Assembly (NCBI GenBank): GCA_040383865.1
Contig: JBEICT010000001.1
Location: forward strand, 1 to 46,978
DNA: 46,978 nucleotides
Reading direction: 5' to 3'
Origin: Flavobacteriales bacterium
GTDB taxonomy: Bacteria; Bacteroidota; Bacteroidia; Flavobacteriales_F; PHOS-HE28
Numbering within the stretch: position 1 is the first letter of the stretch; each line of letters starts with the position of its first letter. Both the position numbers and the translations under genes were made by a program. This document shows, piece after piece, positions 26,524-35,250 of this stretch. Below the pieces are notes generated by a model. That model was not told the DNA's origin, did no database searches, and was given only the letters and a program-made list of their open reading frames with translations.

Positions 26524-27080
26524 GTCACCAGGGCCTGTACCGCCCTGGCCCGATGGCTTATCGCGTTCTTCGCAGTCGGGTCCATTTCGGCAAAGGTCAG
26601 GTCGCTCCCATCGGGCACGAACACGGGATCATACCCGAACCCCTTGGTACCACGTGGCGCATGGGCGATGATACCTTCCACGGTACCCACGAAGGCGCGC
26701 GCCCCATCAGGGCCCACCAAGGCCACAACGGTGCGGAACCGTGCAGATCGGTCCGAGCGCCCATGCAACTCAGCAAGCAAGCGTTGCATGTTGGCCTGCG
26801 GATCCTTGTCCATGCCTGCGTAACGCGCGGATCGCACGCCGGGACCGCCACCCAGTGCATCCACTTCAAGACCAGTGTCATCGGCAATGCAGGTAAGTCC
26901 TGTGCGCTCGAAGACGTACGTGGCCTTCTGGACCGCATTGCCCTCCAGGGTCTCCTGCGTTTCCGGAAGGTCACCAGGCATGCCCACATCCTTAAGCCCC
27001 ACCAGTTCGATCTCCGACGGCAGAAGGGCCAACAACTCGGACACCTTGCCCGGATTGCCCGTGCATAACACCATTCTCAT
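26502..27080 (-). CDS. rdgB: RdgB/HAM1 non-canonical purine NTP pyrophosphatase
   Basis: The ORF track gives 26502..27551, and the real start is ATG 27080 (MRMVLCTGNPGK). Motifs are DDTGLEVDALGGGPGVRSARYAG, GFGYDPVF and ISHRARA. 192 aa. It overlaps the ddl 3' end by 22 nt (convergent). Confidence 0.9.
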   Translation of the reverse strand: MRMVLCTGNPGKVSELLALLPSEIELVGLKDVGMPGDLPETQETLEGNAVQKATYVFERTGLTCIADDTGLEVDALGGGPGVRSARYAGMDKDPQANMQRLLAELHGRSDRSARFRTVVALVGPDGARAFVGTVEGIIAHAPRGTKGFGYDPVFVPDGSDLTFAEMDPTAKNAISHRARAVQALVTYLAGTR

Positions 27081-27122
27081 GCAGCGAAGATGGGCAGTGA
27101 CAGGCAATGCGACGCACGGGGG

Positions 27123-27130
27123 TACATTTG
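27123..27130 (+). promoter_or_regulatory. -7 promoter box TACATTTG (exact TAnnTTTG) upstream of the probable flippase start
   Basis: It lies 33 nt downstream of ATG 27090 and 19 nt upstream of in-frame GTG 27150. If functional, it argues for the GTG start and a 69-bp divergent intergenic region with rdgB. Confidence 0.3.
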
Positions 27131-27149
27131 GCCGATCCATCCGACCATC

Positions 27150-28562
27150 GTGCCGATACGTCGTTCCATCAACAAGGTCCGCGAGGACGTACGTCGGATA
27201 CGCACACCGGGCAGCTTTGCGCGCAACTCGTTCCATGTGCTTTCGGGCAATGCGCTGGCCATGGCAAGCCAGCTCATTCTCACCCCGCTCATCGCCCGTA
27301 TCTATGGGCCGGAGGCGTACGGTCTGTATGCCTTGTACATGGCCCTGTCCATGAACCTGGCCGCCATGAGCGACCTGGGTTATGCGACCGCCTATGTGCT
27401 GCCACGGGATGAAGAACGCTTCCTGCACCTGGTACGGTTCAATATCGGCCTCGCACTGGTACTGGGGTTGCTTGCGACCGGCCTCTCCTTCATGCCCGGC
27501 CTGGTCTATTCGGTGTTCCCCGACTGGCAGGTACTGGGAGGATGGTTGCATTGGGTCGGCCCCGCGTCCGCCTTGTATGCACTATCCGTGTTCTTCACAC
27601 AATGGCTCACACGCGTCAAGGAGTTCAAGCGCAGTGCGTTCACAGGGGCCGCCATCGACCTTTCCATGCGCCTGTTCAACGTGGGGTTCGGCTGGCTCGC
27701 GAAGGCCCCGAGCTACGGCCTCATGCTTGGCGACCTGCTGATCCGCGCACTGATCATTCCGGTCTACCTCTGGTCACTTGGGCCTCACGGCCTTGGCCGC
27801 CTGTTCGCATGGCGACCATGGCGAGAGTTGCGCTCTGTATTGTTCGAATACAAGCGCTATCCGCTCCTCGTGTTCCCCGAACGATGGGTCAGTCTGCTCG
27901 GCATACAACTACCCACCTTCCTGCTGGCCGCTGACCTTTCCATGGTGGGCCAGTATGGGCTCGGTGCCAGTTTGATGTTGATACCGCTCAGATTGTTGGG
28001 GTTTTCCTTCAGCACAGTGTACCTGCAAAAGGCGGCCGAGATCGTACATCATGCCCCCGATGAACTTCGCCGCCTGACCCATGGATTGTACAACCGGCTT
28101 TTTTGGGTGGGGCTCGGCCCATTCCTGTTGCTCACCTTCTTTGCCGATGAGGCCTTTGCACTCCTGTTCGGTGAGGAATGGCGAAATGCGGGCGTGATCT
28201 CCGCATTCATCGGCGGCTATTTCTTCTTCCGCCTGCTCACCGACCCCATGGCCTCCTTGTTCAACGTGAAGAGAAGGGAGCATGTGATGTTGATCTTCGG
28301 AATGGTGATGCTTGGTGTACGGGCGGCGGCCATGTTGGCGACCGCTGCAATGGGCCATGGTTCGGAGGTGGTCATTCTCGTGTACGCCTTGCTCAGTTGG
28401 GCAGGCCAGCTCGTGCTCTCCGTGGTGCTGCTCAATACGGCCGGCATTGCCGGGTTCAGGGTCACACTGCGGTCGCTTGGACTTGTCGCGCTGTTCTCGT
28501 TCCTGCTCGCACTGGTGAGGTTCGCGATACTAGGTACCTGGTGGCCTTGGTTCACCAACTGA
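27150..28562 (+). CDS. Wzx-like oligosaccharide/polysaccharide flippase (MOP superfamily)
   Basis: The ORF is 27090..28562 (490 aa). It is polytopic, with about 12 or more hydrophobic segments. The N-terminal FARNSFHVLSGNALAMASQLILTPLIARIYGPEAYG is typical of polysaccharide-biosynthesis flippases. I prefer GTG 27150 as the start because ATG 27090 lies only 9 nt from the divergent rdgB ATG and a -7 box sits at 27123. The start is uncertain. Confidence 0.75.
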   Translation: MPIRRSINKVREDVRRIRTPGSFARNSFHVLSGNALAMASQLILTPLIARIYGPEAYGLYALYMALSMNLAAMSDLGYATAYVLPRDEERFLHLVRFNIGLALVLGLLATGLSFMPGLVYSVFPDWQVLGGWLHWVGPASALYALSVFFTQWLTRVKEFKRSAFTGAAIDLSMRLFNVGFGWLAKAPSYGLMLGDLLIRALIIPVYLWSLGPHGLGRLFAWRPWRELRSVLFEYKRYPLLVFPERWVSLLGIQLPTFLLAADLSMVGQYGLGASLMLIPLRLLGFSFSTVYLQKAAEIVHHAPDELRRLTHGLYNRLFWVGLGPFLLLTFFADEAFALLFGEEWRNAGVISAFIGGYFFFRLLTDPMASLFNVKRREHVMLIFGMVMLGVRAAAMLATAAMGHGSEVVILVYALLSWAGQLVLSVVLLNTAGIAGFRVTLRSLGLVALFSFLLALVRFAILGTWWPWFTN

Positions 28563-28592
28563 ACCACATCCACGGCCACCGCCTGCCCCCGC

Positions 28593-28600
28593 TACTTTTG
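28593..28600 (+). promoter_or_regulatory. -7 promoter box TACTTTTG (exact TAnnTTTG)
   Basis: It lies in the 44-nt gap after the flippase stop, 6 nt upstream of ATG 28607. Confidence 0.3.
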
Positions 28601-28606
28601 GGACAC

Positions 28607-29806
28607 ATGACAAAACCCAGCGCTGAACCCAAGGCCCGAATGCCACGCCAAGAGGGACCGGGCGCTGGCCAACAGCTGAAGGTCCTGCACATTGCGCAAT
28701 GGCTGCCACACCCCGAATTGCCACTGGAAGGTCTCTTCGTGCAACGTCACATTGCAGCTGCAGCACCCTATTGTGGCGACCGGACATGGCAGATCGATGT
28801 ACGCCCGGGTGCGCATTGGCACAAACTGAAGGGTGGTCGGTATGCCGAACGCACGCTGCTCTTCCGCACCCGGATAAAGCAATGGTACGTGATCGAATGG
28901 ATGGCGACCATGCTGATACTCTGGGCATGGTTCACCCGCGACCGATCGCAGCGCGTGGACCTGATCAACTTCCACATCGCCTACCCCAATTGCTCCCGCA
29001 TCCGTCTACTCAGGACCATCATCCGCAGACCCATGGTGATCACGGAACACTTCAGCGCCTACCGCGTTGGCTTCAATGCGAAAAGCCGTGGGGTGGACCG
29101 CATCCGGAGGATCTTCCATGCGGGCGTGCCGGTGATCGTTGTTTCACAGGCACTGGGTCGGGACATCAGCACGTTCGCCGGGCCACCTGCACCGCAACTG
29201 CATGTGGTGGACAATGCGGTCGATATGCGCTTGTTCCACCCCGACGGAGATGCTGCACCGCGGCAGGGCGTCTTCTTTGCGATCGCCGGCTGGCGCAGCC
29301 CCAAGCGTCCCGACCTGCTGATCGACGCGCTCGCACGTATGTTGGACATGGGCTTCGAAGCACATCTGCGTATCGCTGGCGATGGGCCTTACATGGAGAA
29401 CATGCAAAAGCGCATTGCGGAACACCACCTTGGATCGCGGGTGACACTATTGGGCCCACTTTCTCCGGAACAAGCGGCCATCGAGTTCAGGGCGGCACAT
29501 GCCATGCTGCATGCTTCGGACTATGAAACGTATTGCGCCGTATGTGCCGAATCACTCTGTTGCGGAACACCTGTCATCGCATCGGCCGTTGGTGGCATTC
29601 CCGAGTTCATGACCCCCGAGCTGGGCTTGCTGGTAGGCGAGAACACCGTGGAGGCATGGGTAAAGGCATGGGTGACCGGATGGACCACAGCGTGGACCGC
29701 TGACCGCAGATCCATAGCGGCCCGCATGGGCGAACGGGCCTCGTTCGAAAGCGTGGGCCATCGCTATGCCGGCATCCTTCGCTCGGTGGCAGAACGTAAC
29801 GCATGA
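28607..29806 (+). CDS. glycosyltransferase family 4 (GT-B fold)
   Basis: This is the tail of ORF 28178..29806. The first ATG outside the flippase gene is 28607 (alternative 28640). The C-terminal half, GDGPYMENMQKRI...LLGPLS...MLHASDYETYCAVCAESLCCGTPVIASAVGGIPEF, is the GT4/GT1 nucleotide-sugar binding signature. Confidence 0.8.
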   Translation: MTKPSAEPKARMPRQEGPGAGQQLKVLHIAQWLPHPELPLEGLFVQRHIAAAAPYCGDRTWQIDVRPGAHWHKLKGGRYAERTLLFRTRIKQWYVIEWMATMLILWAWFTRDRSQRVDLINFHIAYPNCSRIRLLRTIIRRPMVITEHFSAYRVGFNAKSRGVDRIRRIFHAGVPVIVVSQALGRDISTFAGPPAPQLHVVDNAVDMRLFHPDGDAAPRQGVFFAIAGWRSPKRPDLLIDALARMLDMGFEAHLRIAGDGPYMENMQKRIAEHHLGSRVTLLGPLSPEQAAIEFRAAHAMLHASDYETYCAVCAESLCCGTPVIASAVGGIPEFMTPELGLLVGENTVEAWVKAWVTGWTTAWTADRRSIAARMGERASFESVGHRYAGILRSVAERNA

Positions 29807-29898
29807 AAAGCCACAGGGCGTTGTGCATCTTTGCCCTGACCACCCATTGCCGCGCCGGCACAGGCCACCCTTTGCCCAACACTGCGTCCAGATAGACC

Positions 29899-30990
29899 AT
29901 GCGCCTTCAAGGGAAACGGATACTCCTGATCAGCCCGGAACCGTGGCAAGGCCTGCACATGAGCAAGCACCACCTGTCCCAGGCGTTGGCCGCCCGGGGC
30001 GACCAGGTGTATTTCCTTGACCCACCGGCCCCCGGCACGCGTGGCATCACCAGCACACCGGTGGATGGCGTCATGGTGGTGCGCTACCACCATTGGCTCC
30101 GCGGGGTCAATCGACTTCCGCTGTGGGTGAACCGCTGGTATTACGGGGGCCTTATCAAGCGCATTGCGGCCAGCACCGGAGGCCCGTTCGATATCATCTG
30201 GTGCTTCGATACGAGCCGGATGCAGGTTTTCCCGGATGGCATTGGGTTGAAACTGTTGCACCTGGCCGACTACGATATCCTGTACACCGGTCAAGGCCTC
30301 ATCACCAGTGCGGACATCATCTTCACCACTTGTCAAGTGGTGGCCGATGAGGTGGCCCCCCGGAGCAAGGCCCGCACCATCAACATCGGCCATGCCTTGG
30401 ACGCCCGGTGGACCAAGGGGATCGAGAGCCAACAGGTGCGCTCGAACAACACGGTGCGCGACGTGGTCTTTACCGGCCAGTTGGCCAACAGCTACAACGA
30501 CTGGGAGGGCTTCCTGCGCATCGCCTCAGGACATCCGGAGATCCAATTCTCATTCATCGGACCCTACGACCCGGCCTTCCCTGAACCCGCCTTCAAGGCC
30601 CTGCGTGAATTGCGCAACGTCACCTTTACGGGTCTAATGACCAAGGATGAACTGATCCCCAGGGCCCGATCCGCGGACCTGCTGCTGTTCGGTTTCCGCT
30701 CAGCGTTGAGGGCGAAGGAGCGCGCCAATCCGCACAAGGTGCTCGAGTACCTGAGCACCGGCAATGTGATCGCAGGGTCGTACACCATGGAATACGGCAC
30801 CGGGCAGGACATGATGTGCCTGGCACCGGAAGGTGGGGATCTGAAGGAGACCTTCGACCTGGCATTGGCGCACTATGCCGACCTCAACTCGGCGCCGGAA
30901 CGTATGAAGCGGATCGCCTTTGCAACACAGCGCACCATGGACCGGCTCATTGCACGGATCGATCGTGAACTGGACGGAATGAGCGCATGA
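29899..30990 (+). CDS. putative glycosyltransferase (GT-B, family 1/4-like)
   Basis: 363 aa. The N-terminus is KRILLISPEPWQGLHMSKHHLSQALAARGDQVYFLDPP. The C-terminal KVLEYLSTGNVIAG resembles the GT1 acceptor/donor helix motif. The call is weaker than for the neighbours. Confidence 0.55.
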   Translation: MRLQGKRILLISPEPWQGLHMSKHHLSQALAARGDQVYFLDPPAPGTRGITSTPVDGVMVVRYHHWLRGVNRLPLWVNRWYYGGLIKRIAASTGGPFDIIWCFDTSRMQVFPDGIGLKLLHLADYDILYTGQGLITSADIIFTTCQVVADEVAPRSKARTINIGHALDARWTKGIESQQVRSNNTVRDVVFTGQLANSYNDWEGFLRIASGHPEIQFSFIGPYDPAFPEPAFKALRELRNVTFTGLMTKDELIPRARSADLLLFGFRSALRAKERANPHKVLEYLSTGNVIAGSYTMEYGTGQDMMCLAPEGGDLKETFDLALAHYADLNSAPERMKRIAFATQRTMDRLIARIDRELDGMSA

Positions 30991-31790
30991 GGCCGCTGGT
31001 GAGCATCATCATGCCGGCATTCAATGCCGAACGGTTCATCGGCGAAGCGATCATTTCAGTGCTTGCTCAGACCTATGACAACTGGGAACTGCTCGTTGTC
31101 AATGATGGAAGTACGGATGCCACTGCTGCGGTCATCGCCAGTTTCAGGGACCCGCGCATCAGGGTCTTCCATCAGATCAACAAGGGCATTGGCAGTGCAC
31201 GCAATCTTGGGCTTGACCATGTACGAGGCTCACTGCTCTGTGGACTTGATTCGGACGACAAGCTTCCCTCGGACAGTCTCGAGTGCAGGGTGAGCGTGTT
31301 CGAAGCGGAACCACATACTGATATCGTGGATGGCCGTGTGCTGTTCATGGATGGCGAGCTGAAGAACACGGTCCAGGTGTTCGTGCCGGACTTTGAAGGG
31401 GACCCTTTCGCGGACCTGATCGCATTCACTGGCAAGAGCTTCATGGGATTCAGCTGGATGATCCGCTGGGGGCCCGAACACCGGGAACGGTTCCCGGTGG
31501 ACCTGACCCATGGCGAGGACCTGTTGTTCTACATGCAGTACGCCAATGGCAAGCATTATAAAGCAGTGGACCGGACCGTGCTGATCTATCGCCGCACCGG
31601 CCATAGCACCATGACCAACCTGCGCGGATTGGAGCGGTCCTACATCAAGATCGGCAAATGGCTGGCCGACTCGCACAGGGCTTCCCGGTCGGAACTGCAC
31701 AACTACCTGCGTAAACGCAAGCGCATCATGGCGGGCAGCTATTGGAAGGCGGGACAACCCTTATTGGCCCTGCGTGCTCTGTTCATTTAA
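30987..31790 (+). CDS. glycosyltransferase family 2
   Basis: 267 aa. It has the classic GT2 N-terminus VSIIMPAFNAERFIGEAIISVLAQTYDNWELLVVNDGSTDAT and a DSDD motif. An ATGA overlap joins it to the upstream gene. Confidence 0.88.
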   Translation: MRPLVSIIMPAFNAERFIGEAIISVLAQTYDNWELLVVNDGSTDATAAVIASFRDPRIRVFHQINKGIGSARNLGLDHVRGSLLCGLDSDDKLPSDSLECRVSVFEAEPHTDIVDGRVLFMDGELKNTVQVFVPDFEGDPFADLIAFTGKSFMGFSWMIRWGPEHRERFPVDLTHGEDLLFYMQYANGKHYKAVDRTVLIYRRTGHSTMTNLRGLERSYIKIGKWLADSHRASRSELHNYLRKRKRIMAGSYWKAGQPLLALRALFI

Positions 31791-32748
31791 GCGCCTGCAC
31801 ACTGACGATCCTCTGCCAGAGCGACGCCACGCCCGCCTCCAATCCCACGCGTGCTCGGAATCCTAATAGTCCTTCCGCACGACCAGGGTCCAATACGTTG
31901 ACCGGGATGATCGCTGGCGAAGCACCGCGCAATTCCGTAACGACCGACTTACCGGTAATGCTTTGCATCACCTCCAACAACCGGCCCAACGAAGTACCCT
32001 TGCCCGTACCCACATTCACCAAGGCGTCCGAGGCGGGTATGAAAAGCGACCGCATAACGGCATCGACCATGTCATCAATATGAATGAAGTCCCGTGTCAC
32101 TGCCAGGTCGCTCCAGAGTTCGATCGGACGATCCGCCAGAATGCACGCCAACCAATGCTCGACCACCCCCTGCGGCCTGCTGCGTGGCCATGGATCACCG
32201 TACACATTTCCAGGACGCAGCACGATGCTCTCCATGCCGTTCCGCTGTGCATGAAGCCTCACGTATTGCTCGAACAGGAGTTTCGATATGCCATAGGCCG
32301 TATTCGGCCGGGCGATCGTATCCTCCACGATGGGTCCATCGGACACAGGTCCATAGACCGTGCCACCGGATGACAGGAATACCACCCGCCGCACCTTGGC
32401 GTTCGAGAGTGCTTCCAGTAGTCGCAGACCTGCAGCCACGTTCTGTTGCTGGTCCTTCTGTGGATCCCGTTCAGCCACCGCAGGGACCGACGACCAGCCC
32501 AAATGCACCAATACATCGACATCCTCCAACGCGTCCTGCATCACAGCGCCCCAGGCATCATAGAGCATTACGCTCTCCACCTCGGGCCACCATTCCTTAC
32601 ACCGGGCCAGACCTGCGTCCGAGGAGGCTAATGCCCGAACGATCAAAAAGGAACGGTCGCTGAACGATGAGCGGCCAACCTCTTCAAGGATATGCTGGAC
32701 CACGTGCCTGCCGATGAACCCGGACGCACCAGTGATGGCCACTCTCAT
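31783..32748 (-). CDS. NAD-dependent epimerase/dehydratase family protein (SDR)
   Basis: The ORF extends to 32757. ATG 32748 gives MRVAITGASGFIGRHV (Rossmann GxxGxxG) and an ATGA overlap with the upstream gene. The catalytic motif is YGISKLLFE (YxxxK). Confidence 0.85.
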   Translation of the reverse strand: MRVAITGASGFIGRHVVQHILEEVGRSSFSDRSFLIVRALASSDAGLARCKEWWPEVESVMLYDAWGAVMQDALEDVDVLVHLGWSSVPAVAERDPQKDQQQNVAAGLRLLEALSNAKVRRVVFLSSGGTVYGPVSDGPIVEDTIARPNTAYGISKLLFEQYVRLHAQRNGMESIVLRPGNVYGDPWPRSRPQGVVEHWLACILADRPIELWSDLAVTRDFIHIDDMVDAVMRSLFIPASDALVNVGTGKGTSLGRLLEVMQSITGKSVVTELRGASPAIIPVNVLDPGRAEGLLGFRARVGLEAGVASLWQRIVSVQALK

Positions 32749-33980
32749 CGCAAGCAACTTTGTAGCAATGATACCATGGCACCGGAATCACGATGGGTCC
32801 ATGCCGCCTTCATACACCGTTCCCGAAGGGCATCCACACCATCGCGGAGAAGGTGTTCATAGGCTGCACGAAGCGTATCGGCCTCTGCCGTGGTTATATC
32901 CTCCACCACGATACCCACCTCCTCCGACGCGGCGACCACATGGTCATCGGAAACCCCGAACGGAACCAATATCGGAAGGCCTGCAGCCCAGTAATGGGCG
33001 GTCTTTACGGGAGTGCGGTAGGCCTGCGCTGGAGTAGGCGGAACGGCCAGCACACCAACATCTGCAGCGGACAGGTGCTCATGCAACCGCTCCACGGGCA
33101 CCGGACCCTGAAGTCGCAAGCGGCCCTGCAGTGATGTGTAAAGTACATGGCCCCGGATGCGGTCCAACTCCCGCTCATTCGCGATGATCAAGGCCCGTGC
33201 TCGTGCCCATCCATCGAATAGCCGCTGAAGAAAGGAAAGGTACTGGTCGATGCCGTGGTAGATGCCACCGAACTTGCCCGCGTAAACGAACACCACATCC
33301 TCCTTGGACCACGCCCCATCCCGGAGCCGAACACGGGCTTCTGGATCATGAAGTGCGGCACCAACGTTGATGGCAATGGGCTGGAGCATCATCCTGCCCC
33401 GGGGACCAAGGCGCGTGGCATAGCGTTGTACCGCAGTGGTGGGCACCACCAACAGTTCGCTTCGCCGCACCTGTTGGTGTTCCAGCCAGCGCATGAACCG
33501 TGCCTTCAGCGAGCCAGCGCGCCATATGCCCAGGTCCACCATATACTCCGTATGCGGCTCGAAACAGACAGTGGCCGTTCGGAGATGAAGGACCAAGCTC
33601 AACAACATGGCGTACGCACCGCCATAGGATAAATAGCCCACCAGCCAGGGCTCGGGCCGTCCGCGAACGAATTTCCGTGCGAGACGGTACATCCGCCAAG
33701 CATTGCGCAAGCGCTGCATCCATTGCCGACCTTGCACATCATATCGCAAGGGCTCCCATTGAATGCCATGCTCCAGCAATTGCTCATACGGTCCCTCCAC
33801 AGGCTTGTGACCGGGTGGTTCCTCCGTGATAAAAAGGACGCGACGACCAGCGGACATCGACTGCATGCGCCGCACATAGTCCAACATGAGCTGTGACACG
33901 AGCGGATCAGCGATGCCGTGGTTGCAAATGACCACCATGTCCGGAGGGAACTCAGCGGGCGTATTCCTGTTTTCGGCCAT
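32745..33980 (-). CDS. putative glycosyltransferase (GT-B, family 1/4-like)
   Basis: 411 aa. The C-terminal half reads VFVYAGKFGGIYH...LIIANERE...PVKTAHYWAAGLPILVP, which is GT1-like. The call comes from weak motifs and context. Confidence 0.5.
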   Translation of the reverse strand: MAENRNTPAEFPPDMVVICNHGIADPLVSQLMLDYVRRMQSMSAGRRVLFITEEPPGHKPVEGPYEQLLEHGIQWEPLRYDVQGRQWMQRLRNAWRMYRLARKFVRGRPEPWLVGYLSYGGAYAMLLSLVLHLRTATVCFEPHTEYMVDLGIWRAGSLKARFMRWLEHQQVRRSELLVVPTTAVQRYATRLGPRGRMMLQPIAINVGAALHDPEARVRLRDGAWSKEDVVFVYAGKFGGIYHGIDQYLSFLQRLFDGWARARALIIANERELDRIRGHVLYTSLQGRLRLQGPVPVERLHEHLSAADVGVLAVPPTPAQAYRTPVKTAHYWAAGLPILVPFGVSDDHVVAASEEVGIVVEDITTAEADTLRAAYEHLLRDGVDALRERCMKAAWTHRDSGAMVSLLQSCLR

Positions 33981-34049
33981 GGTCCAGAGCGCGCGGTGAA
34001 GCTACGGCGCACGGGTGGCTCCAAAGCGCACGCACCACGTTCCTGCACC

Positions 34050-34057
34050 TACTTTTG
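34050..34057 (+). promoter_or_regulatory. -7 promoter box TACTTTTG (exact TAnnTTTG)
   Basis: It lies in the divergent gap after ATG 33980, 11 nt upstream of ATG 34069 and 41 nt upstream of ATG 34099. Confidence 0.3.
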
Positions 34058-34068
34058 GCCATCAACCC

Positions 34069-35214
34069 ATGGGCAGTGATCAGCGCTCAAGGGCCTGTAT
34101 GATCCGCATGAACCGGTCCACCAAACAAACCCTATCGGACCTGCGCTGGTACTTGGTCAATGGACTGCACTGGCTTCGGAACCGAGAACACCAGGACCAA
34201 GCGGACGGACCCTTGGTCCTGGTCGATATCCGGGACAACGTATGGCACCGATACCTGCACATCCTTCTGATATTCCTCCACTCCAGCGGATCTACCGTTC
34301 ACATCCGGCACCGTTATCGTTTCATCGGCAGTTGGGCCTCTCACGATCTATTCCGCAGATCGGCGTTCTTCCGGATCGTGTTCCGCCCTTTACCGCCTGA
34401 CGCGTATCAACTGGTGCTCACGGACAGGCCGATGGACGGACCACATGTGCTATTGGACCCGGATTATTTCGACCTGCCCGAGGCACCGCGCGAAGGCATG
34501 CGCCTGCCGATGACCATGGCAGACACCTTATACATCCAAGGCCTTCACAGGCGTTCCGACCCGGACCCTGAGGCCGAAAGGGAGCACTGCCTGTTCTTTT
34601 TCGGCAACATGGACCGCGCGGCCTACGACCGCCCAGAGCCCCGGAGCGCATTCGGTTGCTACACGCGGACGGCGCTGTTCGACCTGCTGAAGGATGGTTA
34701 CAAAGAGCGGATATTCGAACCTTCACGACTTTCGGAAGTTGCGCTCCGTGGGAAGCGTGACATTGTCCTGCTCGGTCGCCAGTGTGAATACATACCGCCA
34801 GCAAGACTGCTCCAGGTCCTTTCCCGGTTCGACCTGTTCCTGGCACCCTCGGGCGTGGTCATGCCGCTCTGCCATAATGTGGTGGAGGCCATGGCCGCCG
34901 GCTGCATACCCGTGCTCCAGTATCCACATCTGATGGAACCTCCATTGGAGCATGGCATCAACTGCCTCGCGTACGGGAACAAGGAGCAGTTGCACACGAT
35001 ACTGGATCGCTTCCTGGACCTTCCGGCTACGGATGTCGTGGCCATGCGACGTCGTGTGCTTGCCTATTACAAGGAACATTTGGCACCAGAAGCCGTGGTC
35101 GAAAAGTTGCGCACACTTGCCGGAAAGCAGGCACGCCTCAGGGTCAATGCTGAAATGCTCAGCACGCAGTTGCTCCTAAAGCAGCGCACAGACCGGGTCG
35201 GGATAGACCGGTAA
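34069..35214 (+). CDS. putative glycosyltransferase with exostosin/GT1-like C-terminal motif
   Basis: The ORF track starts at GTG 34015. ATG candidates are 34069, 34099 (MIRMNRSTKQ) and 34108. FFFGNMD...LFLAPSGVVMPLCHNVVEAMAAGCIPVLQYP resembles the exostosin-type or GT-B C-terminal motif. The function is uncertain. Confidence 0.45.
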   Translation: MGSDQRSRACMIRMNRSTKQTLSDLRWYLVNGLHWLRNREHQDQADGPLVLVDIRDNVWHRYLHILLIFLHSSGSTVHIRHRYRFIGSWASHDLFRRSAFFRIVFRPLPPDAYQLVLTDRPMDGPHVLLDPDYFDLPEAPREGMRLPMTMADTLYIQGLHRRSDPDPEAEREHCLFFFGNMDRAAYDRPEPRSAFGCYTRTALFDLLKDGYKERIFEPSRLSEVALRGKRDIVLLGRQCEYIPPARLLQVLSRFDLFLAPSGVVMPLCHNVVEAMAAGCIPVLQYPHLMEPPLEHGINCLAYGNKEQLHTILDRFLDLPATDVVAMRRRVLAYYKEHLAPEAVVEKLRTLAGKQARLRVNAEMLSTQLLLKQRTDRVGIDR

Positions 35215-35250
35215 ATGGCCGAGCGGAACCGGTGCAATGGCGGTCCTTGA

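Noticed and set aside
27081-27551. The N-terminal extension that makes the rdgB ORF 349 aa long.
   Set aside because: The extension is antisense to the flippase gene. RdgB/HAM1 proteins are ~190-200 aa, and MRMVLCTGNPGK is the family-typical N-terminus.
28178-28606. The upstream extension of the GT4 ORF that overlaps the flippase gene in another frame.
   Set aside because: There is no glycosyltransferase-like sequence in the extension. The flippase hydrophobic segments occupy this DNA, and a -7 box plus ATG 28607 lie just after the flippase stop.
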